NCBI RefSeq assembly: GCF_017751145.1
Contig: NZ_CP046640.1
Span: 444,137 to 476,136 of the forward strand
DNA: 32,000 bases
Direction of reading: 5' to 3'
Origin: Iocasia fonsfrigidae
Lineage (GTDB): Bacteria > Bacillota > Halanaerobiia > Halanaerobiales > DTU029
This document shows, in pieces, positions 25,220 to 32,000 of this stretch. The position numbers were made by a program, and so were the translations under genes. Positions within the stretch are counted from its first letter, which is position 1. Every line of letters begins with the position of its first letter. The notes beneath the pieces were generated by a model, which worked only from the letters and a program-made list of their open reading frames with translations, did no database searches and was not told the origin of the DNA.

Positions 25220-25854
25220 AGATAATAAATAAATGTACTTATTTAATAATATTAATACTTGTTTTAGCAGTAATAATTATTAATGTTACAGTTTTATCTG
25301 CTGAAGGAGAAGATGGTATATTTGGTGATGAGATAAGTATTAGTTCACTGGAACCCTCTGGACAGGAAATAACTGCTCGCGGGAGTGCTCTAGTAATCTA
25401 TAATGACCTCCGTTTGGAGGCAGAGACAATTTATTATAATTCAGTGACTGGGGAAGTAAATTTGGATGAGGATATTTTGCTAGTGGATCAGGATTACCAG
25501 CTCACTGCTGATGAATTAAAAGGAAATCTTACTGAAGAATCTTTTACTGCCAGGGGTAATGTAGAGCTCACAGGTACAGATGCTTTCCTGACAGGTGAAG
25601 AGTTATTCTATGATAGGATAGCAGGGGAAGTAATAGTTAAGGGTAGACCCTATCTGGAATATCAGGATATTAAGGCCAGGGCAGATCAGATTAGATATTA
25701 TACTGATAAAAACCTGGCTTATCTGACAGGGAATGTTAGTGGAGAACAATTGGGACATAGTTTTTCTGGTGAAAAAATGGAACTGGATCTGGTGACTGGT
25801 AAAATGACCCTGGCAGGTGGAGCCCATTTTCTCTATGAGAATAGAGGGGAATAG
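25216..25854 (+). CDS. lptA: LptA/OstA-family periplasmic LPS transport protein
   Basis: Signal peptide followed by repeated OstA-like beta-jellyroll strands (ITARGSALVIYNDLRLEAETIYYN... LTGNVSGEQ... MELDLVTGKMTLAG). It lies between lptC and lptB. Confidence 0.75.
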   Translation: MKIINKCTYLIILILVLAVIIINVTVLSAEGEDGIFGDEISISSLEPSGQEITARGSALVIYNDLRLEAETIYYNSVTGEVNLDEDILLVDQDYQLTADELKGNLTEESFTARGNVELTGTDAFLTGEELFYDRIAGEVIVKGRPYLEYQDIKARADQIRYYTDKNLAYLTGNVSGEQLGHSFSGEKMELDLVTGKMTLAGGAHFLYENRGE

Positions 25855-25857
25855 CAG

Positions 25858-26577
25858 ATGACAATCATAGCTAAAGAGCTGATTAAGGAATATAATAAAC
25901 AACGAGTTGTAGATAGAGTGGACTTAAGGGTTGAGCATGGAGAGATAGTAGGGCTGCTGGGACCAAATGGTGCTGGTAAGACTACTACTTTCTATATGGT
26001 AGTCGGTTTGATTAAACCTGAAGGTGGAGAAATCTGGCTTGATAATGATAATATTACCAGACTGCCTGTTTATCTCAGGGCCAGGAAAGGTATTGGTTAT
26101 CTAGCACAGGAGGCTTCTGTTTTTCAGAAACTATCAGTTGCAGATAATATAATGTCTATTTTACAGGCCAGGAATCTGAGTAATGATGAGGCTTGTGAGT
26201 TTATGGAGAAACTGCTGGATGAGTTTGGTATCAGTCGTTTAAGAGATAGAAAGGGCTATCAGTTATCTGGAGGGGAAAGACGCCGGGTGGAAATTGCAAG
26301 GGCTCTGGCCACAGAACCTTCTTTTATCCTGTTAGATGAACCCTTTGCCGGGGTAGATCCAATAGCTGTCTGTGATATACAGAATATTATTAGCTATCTA
26401 AAAGACAGGGGGCTGGGGGTTTTAATTACTGACCATAATGTACGCGAAACACTGACCATCATTGACCGGGCCTATATTATGCATGAAGGTGAAATACTTT
26501 TATCCGGTAATTCAGAAGAGGTAGCCTCCAGTGAGCTGGCCCGTAAATTTTATCTGGGGGAAAGATTTACGATGTAG
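25858..26577 (+). CDS. lptB: LPS export ABC transporter ATP-binding protein LptB
   Basis: GLLGPNGAGKTTTFYMVVGL, RARKGIGYLAQEASVF, LSGGERRRVEIARAL, ILLDEPFAGVDP, ITDHNVRETL. 239 aa. Confidence 0.92.
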   Translation: MTIIAKELIKEYNKQRVVDRVDLRVEHGEIVGLLGPNGAGKTTTFYMVVGLIKPEGGEIWLDNDNITRLPVYLRARKGIGYLAQEASVFQKLSVADNIMSILQARNLSNDEACEFMEKLLDEFGISRLRDRKGYQLSGGERRRVEIARALATEPSFILLDEPFAGVDPIAVCDIQNIISYLKDRGLGVLITDHNVRETLTIIDRAYIMHEGEILLSGNSEEVASSELARKFYLGERFTM

Positions 26578-26596
26578 GTTGGATTGTTATAAGACC

Positions 26597-26721
26597 GACA
26601 AATATATTTACTTCCCTTGTCGTGCGCTACAGTGTCCTACTTTCGCTTACTGTCGAGAAATTGTCTTCCGGCGTCCATGCCTCCAGACAATTTCTAGAGT
26701 CGTCCAGTAAATATATTTGTC
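26597..26721 (+). repeat. Copy C of the 124-125-nt structured repeat
   Basis: Same termini. It is the most diverged copy and carries compensatory substitutions in two helices. It starts 19 nt after the lptB stop. Confidence 0.85.
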
Positions 26722-26803
26722 TGGATTAATAACAGTGGTGGTCGGGATGCTTTATCTAATAAAGAAATATAGTAAGTTGATGTAAAAAGAGGGGTGCCAG
26801 TAA

Positions 26804-27895
26804 TTGAAGATTATCTACCGTTATATTTTTATCGAATTAATAACACCACTACTATTTGGAATTGCTGCTTTTGCTGCTATTTTTATTGGTACAGATTTAC
26901 TCTTTGAATTAATTGAATACTATAACAACTATGGAGTTGAACTTCTGACCTTGCTTCAGTTGTTTTTCTTAAATCTGCCAACAATTATTGTTATAACTTT
27001 TCCGATGGCTACCCTCTTAGGGACTATTATGTCCTATGGGAGGTTGTCTGGTGATAATGAGATCACTGCTTTAAGGGCAGGTGGTATCAGTGTTTATCGT
27101 TTGGTGCGCCCTGCTTTATTCCTGGGAATATTAATGACTTTATTTACTATCGGTGTTAATGAATATATTGTACCACAGGCTAATTATCTTAATGAACAGA
27201 TAGTCTATCAGTTTAAACATGGGGAGAGGATGCCTTCTACACAACATAATCTCTTCCTTACCCCTTTGAAAGATGGTTACCCTGATTATGTTCTCTATAC
27301 TAAACTTTATGATGGGGAAACAGGTGTTATGCAGGAGATAATCTTTCAGGATTATGAAGAGGGGAAACCTGTTACCTTGATTCAGGCTGAAAACGCTGTT
27401 TATACAGGGGATAGATGGAAGTTTTTAAACGGGCATATTTATCGACTCGAACCTGGTGAGCGGATACCAGATCTGAAATTTGAAGAATATGATGTTAATA
27501 ATCTAAATTATACACCAGCTCAGATGGCTCGTTTAAATAAAAAAATATCTGATATGAATTTTACTGAATTAATAGAATATATTAATCTTAAGAAATCACA
27601 GGGGAATGATGTTAATAAGGAGTTAGTAGAACTTCATCAACGTATATCGATTCCCTTTGCTAGTTTTATTTTTGCTCTGCTGGCAGCAACACTGGGGATT
27701 CAACCCCAACGTTCAGGTGGCTCGGCTACTGGTATGGGTTTGAGTATTATTGTTATTTTTATTTATTATACATTAATGACTGTTGGTAGTGCCCTGGGAG
27801 AGCAGGGAACGATTCCGCCATTTTTGGGGGCCTGGCTACAAAATTTTGTTTTTATGATTACAGGGGGAATAATGCTCTATCGTCTGGGGAGATAA
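26804..27895 (+). CDS. LptF/LptG (YjgP/YjgQ) family LPS export permease
   Basis: MKIIYRYIFIEL... then 3 TMs, a ~150-aa periplasmic beta-jellyroll-like insert, then 3 TMs. TTG start after AGAGGGGTG. I cannot tell F from G. Confidence 0.85.
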   Translation: MKIIYRYIFIELITPLLFGIAAFAAIFIGTDLLFELIEYYNNYGVELLTLLQLFFLNLPTIIVITFPMATLLGTIMSYGRLSGDNEITALRAGGISVYRLVRPALFLGILMTLFTIGVNEYIVPQANYLNEQIVYQFKHGERMPSTQHNLFLTPLKDGYPDYVLYTKLYDGETGVMQEIIFQDYEEGKPVTLIQAENAVYTGDRWKFLNGHIYRLEPGERIPDLKFEEYDVNNLNYTPAQMARLNKKISDMNFTELIEYINLKKSQGNDVNKELVELHQRISIPFASFIFALLAATLGIQPQRSGGSATGMGLSIIVIFIYYTLMTVGSALGEQGTIPPFLGAWLQNFVFMITGGIMLYRLGR

Positions 27896-27918
27896 GATAT
27901 CGGAAGGGGTGAAGGCTT

Positions 27919-29199
27919 ATGTATGGGATACTGCTGGTAAGCGTTGTGATAACCCTTAGTGGCTTTATGGCCTATCTGGGGGATCAGATCGGTATGAAAA
28001 TCGGCAAGAAAAGGATATCCCTCTTTGGCCTGCGCCCAAAATATACCTCAATAATCATAACAGTCTTGACAGGTGTCCTGATTGCTACTCTGACTATCAC
28101 AGTTATTCTTCTTACCAATAATGGTGTCCGTAAGGCATTATTTAATATTCAGGAGGTTTTAGTAAGGCTTGATGACCTCAACCAGCAGCTGGCAGTTAAA
28201 GATCGGTCCCTACAGGATAGGGAGGTAGAGATCGCTGAACGGGAAAGGGAACTGGTCCTGATTCAGCAGCAGAAGACTGAACTGGAAGAAAAACTGAACC
28301 AGAATCAGCAGGAATTTGCCAGAACCAGACAAAAACTGTTGGCTACCCAGGATGAACTTACTAATACCCGTAGTGATGTGAAAGAACTGGAAAATAAGCG
28401 AGTAGAGTTGCAGGATACTAATCAGGAATTAAATGAAAGGATAGCCAGCTTGCACGAACAGAGGAAAGAACTGGAAAATAAGATGGTGGTATTAAATGAA
28501 AAGATAGATTCTCTTAATGAAGATTATGAAAAAGCCAGGTTTATGGCCTATAAATATGGTGCTGGACTGCAGTATTACCGGGAAGGGGATATAGTCTTCC
28601 AGCGGGGAGACATAATTTATTCAGATGTGATTGAGACCGGACAGACACAGCAGGAGATAGTTGACCAGCTGTCAGCCTTTCTGGAGAGGGCTGATCAAAA
28701 GGTGAAGGAGTATCCAGTCAGAGTTGACGAAGAACTAGGGACTACCCTTCAGCTTAGAGCAGAAGAGATTTTTACAGTGGCCCGGACAATTATTAATGCC
28801 GATTATGACCGAGTTATTGTCAGTCTGGTGGCTAGTGTTAATGTCCCTCAAGGTGACTGGGTATATGCCAATTTTATTTTAAATGAAGATTTTATTGTTT
28901 TTCAACAAGATGAGTATATTGCTGAATGTGTAATAGATGCTGATGGGAAAGATATTGAAGATAAATTAAGTGAACTACTGACTGATATTAATACTAGGGC
29001 TGTTAGAGAAGGACTCCTGGTTGATAACCAGGGTGATGTCGGTAGTATTGATTATGATGAATTTTACCGGCTCCATAACCAAATCTTGAATTACCATGGT
29101 AAGGTTAAGATAAAGGCCTATGCCGGGGAAGATATCTGGCGTGAGGATAGGTTATCAAATAACCTCAGCTTTGAAATCAGTTCTGTTGAGGGGGAATAG
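27919..29199 (+). CDS. DUF3084-like membrane protein with a long coiled coil
   Basis: The N-terminal block FMAYLGDQIGMKIGKKRISLFGLRPKYTSIIITVLTG matches recalled DUF3084. A ~110-aa Q/E/L coiled coil (aa ~90-200) and a ~220-aa globular C-terminal part follow. Confidence 0.55.
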   Translation: MYGILLVSVVITLSGFMAYLGDQIGMKIGKKRISLFGLRPKYTSIIITVLTGVLIATLTITVILLTNNGVRKALFNIQEVLVRLDDLNQQLAVKDRSLQDREVEIAERERELVLIQQQKTELEEKLNQNQQEFARTRQKLLATQDELTNTRSDVKELENKRVELQDTNQELNERIASLHEQRKELENKMVVLNEKIDSLNEDYEKARFMAYKYGAGLQYYREGDIVFQRGDIIYSDVIETGQTQQEIVDQLSAFLERADQKVKEYPVRVDEELGTTLQLRAEEIFTVARTIINADYDRVIVSLVASVNVPQGDWVYANFILNEDFIVFQQDEYIAECVIDADGKDIEDKLSELLTDINTRAVREGLLVDNQGDVGSIDYDEFYRLHNQILNYHGKVKIKAYAGEDIWREDRLSNNLSFEISSVEGE

Positions 29200-29201
29200 T
29201 T

Positions 29202-29597
29202 ATGCTGCTGGCCATTGACCCCGGGAGGGATAAGTGTGGGATAGCTGTTATGACAGGCGATGCTGCTGTCATTTTTCAGGAAATAGTGGCAACAGAAAAA
29301 ATTGAATCATATCTGCTTGAACTCCTGAATAGGTATAAAATAGAGGAGGTTGTCCTTGGTAATGGGACATTTTCAGAGGAGGTTGCCAGGAAGATTGAGA
29401 AAAACTATGACTTGCCTCTGATGTTAATAAAGGAGGCCTATACTACGCTGGCTGCTGAAGAGAGATACCGCCAGGTAAAATACTCCGGTATTAAGCGCTT
29501 CTTCCTGTCTTTTATCAAGTGGAAACCCTCTTTTCCGGTAGATGATTATGCAGCTGTAATTTTGGGAGAGAGGTATCTGAAAGATAAGGGGTTATAA
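29202..29597 (+). CDS. RuvX/YqgF-like RNase-H-fold putative nuclease
   Basis: LLAIDPGRDKCGIAV, EVVLGNG, and EAYTTLAAEERY...DDYAAVILGERYL parallel the recalled YqgF layout (LAFDFGTKSIGVAV ... IVVGLP ... DERLST.EA ... DS.AAVIILE.Y). 131 aa. Confidence 0.55.
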   Translation: MLLAIDPGRDKCGIAVMTGDAAVIFQEIVATEKIESYLLELLNRYKIEEVVLGNGTFSEEVARKIEKNYDLPLMLIKEAYTTLAAEERYRQVKYSGIKRFFLSFIKWKPSFPVDDYAAVILGERYLKDKGL

Positions 29598-29614
29598 TAC
29601 TGGATAATACTAAC

Positions 29615-29636
29615 AGATAATTTTTATCTTTTTTTG
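29615..29636 (+). terminator. Weak AT-rich intrinsic terminator candidate
   Basis: agataa-ttt-ttatct hairpin followed by tttttt. The stem is only 6 bp and AT-rich. Confidence 0.3.
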
Positions 29637-29790
29637 CAGGACTTTAGGAGGAAAAGTGGAATATATATAGACAGAATCAGATAAAACACTTATAATTATA
29701 GGTGTTGTATTGGAAAAAGGATTTTTAAAAAATATTAAAAAACTTTATTTCCTTGCAGGAGTTTTAGGATTTGTGTTGAATATAATACAG
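29634..29790 (+). promoter_or_regulatory. Duplicated tripartite motif (TTGCAGGA, 1-2 nt, TTTAGGA, 8-9 nt, GAATATA) upstream of the OmpM-like gene
   Basis: ttgcaggactttaggaggaaaagtggaatata at 29634-29665 and ttgcaggagttttaggatttgtgttgaatata at 29753-29784. Function unknown (tandem promoters or operators). Confidence 0.35.
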
Positions 29791-29867
29791 TGATAGTCGA
29801 TTTTTACTTATATTGTTGATAGTTAATTACTTAATTTTTTTGTGTAAAATTTAATTATGTCAAAAGT

Positions 29868-30030
29868 CTTATCATCTCAGGCTAAACATGTGTGGAGAGG
29901 AGGTGCCCCCCGATTCACAGAGCTGTGAGAGATGATAGGGTTCTATATAATAGTTCATTGACAACTGAAGGAGAACGAGATGAGGAAACTAGGAGACTCA
30001 TTTTCTGTTCCCTTAGGTGAGAAATGAACT
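29868..30030 (+). promoter_or_regulatory. Hairpin-rich leader region upstream of the OmpM-like gene
   Basis: Stem 1: cttatcatctc (29868-29878) pairs with gagatgatagg (29929-29939), enclosing tcaca-gagc-tgtga. Stem 2: agttcatt (29952-29959) pairs with aatgaact (30023-30030). RBS AAGGGGG at 30064-30070. Confidence 0.45.
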
Positions 30031-30080
30031 GGTAGAACTATTTTATTTTAAACCTAAAAAATCAAGGGGGAATTATTGTA

Positions 30081-31889
30081 ATGAAGAGAATTGTTATTGC
30101 TGCATTTTTAGTATTGGCTTTAACTGCTTCTGCCTTTGCCGCTTCTTTCGCAGATGTGCCTTCAAGTCACTGGGCATACGGAGCAGTTAACAAACTTGTT
30201 GCTTCCGGTATTCTTTCCGGTTATCCAGATGGGACTTTTAAAGGCCAGAATAACCTGAGCCGTTATGAAATCGCTGTTGTTGTTGCCCGTGTTCTCGACC
30301 AGATTGAAGCAGAACAGGCTGCTTTAGCTGATGAAATTGCTGACGCTGATAGCCTGAGTGTTGGTCAAGCACAACAGGTTAACGAAATTGTTAAGGCTAT
30401 TGTTGCCAAAAATACTGGTGAAGAATTAAGTAATGAACAGGCTAACGAAGTTCGTAGTATAGTTCAGGCCCTGACCTTTGAATTCAGGCCAGAACTGAAA
30501 GAACTCGGTGCTGCTGTTGATGCCTTAGCAGTAGATGTTGACGAATTAGACTCCAGGGTAGCTGCTTTAGAAGCAGAACCAAGAGACAATGTAAGTTTCT
30601 CAGGTACTGTAGATACTATCTTTGAAACAGCTAACTATGGTGATAATCCTTATGCAACTATGCTTGTATGGGCTGATGATGATGCCTTAGATGAATTAGA
30701 TGATGATAATGCAATTACAGGTGTTGATGATGGTGATATGCCAGCTGCCAAGGCCTTTTATCAGGAAATTGGTTTAGATATAGCAGCTAATGTTGGTGAT
30801 GTTAATTTTGATTTAGCAATAGATACTCTTAAAAATCTATTTAGTGAAACTGATACTGTAGTAGATGGTATTAAACTTGGTGAAACTGCAGACAGTGATG
30901 CTTTTGAAATGGATACAGCATTACTAACCATTTCTAAAGATGATTATACCTTTAAAGCGGGTAGTTTTGAGGATTATGATGTTGACCCTTACTTTATTGA
31001 TGATGAAGATATGGAAGGTATCGAAATAACTGCCCCACTTGCTGGTATTGATTTCAAGGCCTTTGCCGTAGGTGATGAAGATGATGATGCTGATGAGTTT
31101 GAAAAAGATTACTATGGTGTAACTGCTACAGCAGATATGGATATCTTCAAATTAATCGGTAAGTTATATCATGCACGTCTTGAAAGTGAAGATGCGGTAA
31201 CTGATTTTGCTATAGCAGCTGAAGCTGATGTTACTGATGAGCTGACTATGGGTGGAGAGGTTGTTTTCAATACAAATGACGGTAGTAGTGATGAAAATGA
31301 TACACTCTTTAACTTAAATGGTAGCTATATCCTTAGTGATGTAGTAACATTGCGCGGTCTATTTGAAACAGTTGGTGAAGACTTCAATTCTACTGATACT
31401 GTCTTATCTGACCTGGAAGAAGATAACAACTATGACAAATATAATGTAGGTGCAGACTTTGCCTTGAATGCTAACAATACTGTTACAGCTGACTATACTT
31501 TAGTAGATGCTGATAAAGACGAAAATAAAAACAAATTCGAAGTTGGCTTAGAAAATACTACTGGTAAATTCACTAATCATGCATCCGTTGAATTTACCCA
31601 AAATGATGACTATGATGAAAATGGCGGAGAAGATGTAACACTCCTGACCTTAGGTACAAAGTATGCTATGTCTGATGCAACTACCATTGCTGCTGACTTA
31701 GTAAACAAATCAGCTGATGCAGCTGACTTAAGCTATACCTATCTGGTAGGAAGTATTGACCATAAACTATCAGATAACATAAGCTGGATTAATGAAGTTC
31801 AGTTAATCAATGGTGAAATAGATATACTTGGTAATACAGAAGATGCTGAAGGTAATTCCTTCAAATCTCAATTATCTGTAAGCTTCTAA
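30081..31889 (+). CDS. SLH-domain outer membrane porin/tether (OmpM-type)
   Basis: Signal peptide (..LTASAFA). SLH domain FADVPSSHWAYGAVNKLVASGILSGYPDGTFKGQNNLSRYEIAVVVARVL. Coiled-coil linker, then a ~430-aa D/E-rich beta-strand region ending QLSVSF. Confidence 0.85.
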   Translation: MKRIVIAAFLVLALTASAFAASFADVPSSHWAYGAVNKLVASGILSGYPDGTFKGQNNLSRYEIAVVVARVLDQIEAEQAALADEIADADSLSVGQAQQVNEIVKAIVAKNTGEELSNEQANEVRSIVQALTFEFRPELKELGAAVDALAVDVDELDSRVAALEAEPRDNVSFSGTVDTIFETANYGDNPYATMLVWADDDALDELDDDNAITGVDDGDMPAAKAFYQEIGLDIAANVGDVNFDLAIDTLKNLFSETDTVVDGIKLGETADSDAFEMDTALLTISKDDYTFKAGSFEDYDVDPYFIDDEDMEGIEITAPLAGIDFKAFAVGDEDDDADEFEKDYYGVTATADMDIFKLIGKLYHARLESEDAVTDFAIAAEADVTDELTMGGEVVFNTNDGSSDENDTLFNLNGSYILSDVVTLRGLFETVGEDFNSTDTVLSDLEEDNNYDKYNVGADFALNANNTVTADYTLVDADKDENKNKFEVGLENTTGKFTNHASVEFTQNDDYDENGGEDVTLLTLGTKYAMSDATTIAADLVNKSADAADLSYTYLVGSIDHKLSDNISWINEVQLINGEIDILGNTEDAEGNSFKSQLSVSF

Positions 31890-31913
31890 ACAGGCTGAGA
31901 GAAGAAACAGAGT

Positions 31914-31946
31914 CCTGGAGGGGTTTTCTCTCCAGGGCTTTTTTTA
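31914..31946 (+). terminator. Intrinsic terminator after the OmpM-like gene
   Basis: cctggag (31914-31920), loop gggttttct, ctccagg (31930-31936), then g c ttttttt. Confidence 0.8.
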
Positions 31947-32000
31947 TTAGTTAAGGAAATTATGTGAGTTTGAAATTATGAATAACTTTGAAGATCGACA

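Noticed and set aside
4978-25902. Remaining short antisense or alternate-frame ORFs from the track. Minus strand: 4978-5220, 8346-8579, 14126-14329, 15031-15387, 17506-17748, 17866-18168, 19467-19709, 19832-20020, 19842-20084, 23387-23569, 23556-23822, 24706-24894, 25603-25902. Plus strand, alternate frame: 11974-12156, 19586-19789.
   Set aside because: Each lies fully within a longer ORF that has clear family motifs and an RBS. None has its own RBS or a recognisable motif. Several are S/L/R-rich mirror-frame artefacts.
16885-26721. Could the recurring repeat be a CRISPR array?
   Set aside because: The repeats are ~124 nt long and are separated by 2-7.5 kb of ordinary genes. There are no short regular spacers and no cas genes.
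29742-29760. Sigma-54 promoter suggested by TTGCA
   Set aside because: The required GG element (TGGCAC) about 10 nt upstream is absent in both motif copies.
29888-29935. 15-codon ORF (MCGEEVPPDSQSCER*) in the ompM leader as a possible leader peptide
   Set aside because: No Shine-Dalgarno sequence lies upstream. The GGAGAGGAGG inside it is more simply part of the hairpin. There is no evidence of conservation.

Overview
This window reads as the core of the outer-membrane (OM)/LPS biogenesis supercluster of a diderm, LPS-bearing Firmicute. It is probably a halophilic Halanaerobiales-type organism. That is inference from sporulation-type genes next to OM genes, moderate-to-low GC by eye, and very acidic exported proteins. 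Apart from cstA (minus strand), all credible genes are on the + strand. In order they are: an M23-like gene end, cstA(-), spoIIID, mreB/mbl, a secreted S55 (SpoIVB-like) peptidase, tamB, a small sigma-70-family sigma factor, a single-pass membrane protein, bamA (3 POTRA), skp/ompH, a 320-aa coiled-coil protein, a lipoprotein skp/ompH, and lpxD. These are followed by a small beta-barrel OMP, an unusual 782-aa membrane protein plus an ABC ATPase, lpxC, fabZ, lpxA, lpxI, lpxB, lptC, lptA, lptB, one lptF/G-family permease, a DUF3084-like coiled-coil membrane protein, a RuvX/YqgF-like RNase-H-fold protein, and an SLH-anchored OmpM-type porin. I found no rRNA, tRNA, CRISPR, transposase or defence genes. 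The items most worth follow-up are listed here. (1) The orphan two-gene ABC system inserted between lpxD and lpxC has a MacB/FtsX-like 4-TM topology, a ~620-aa coiled-coil ectodomain and an EAA coupling motif at the extreme C-terminus, with no binding-protein gene. (2) A sigma factor and a putative anti-sigma-like membrane protein sit between tamB and bamA. (3) A 124-125-nt structured repeat family with 13-nt terminal inverted repeats has three full copies plus a probable fourth at the window edge. All copies are co-oriented with transcription at operon-block boundaries, and compensatory base changes between copies preserve the helices. (4) There are several other long hairpin or palindromic intergenic elements and structured leaders. 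Everything rests on reading the sequence and on recalled family motifs. No database search was possible.
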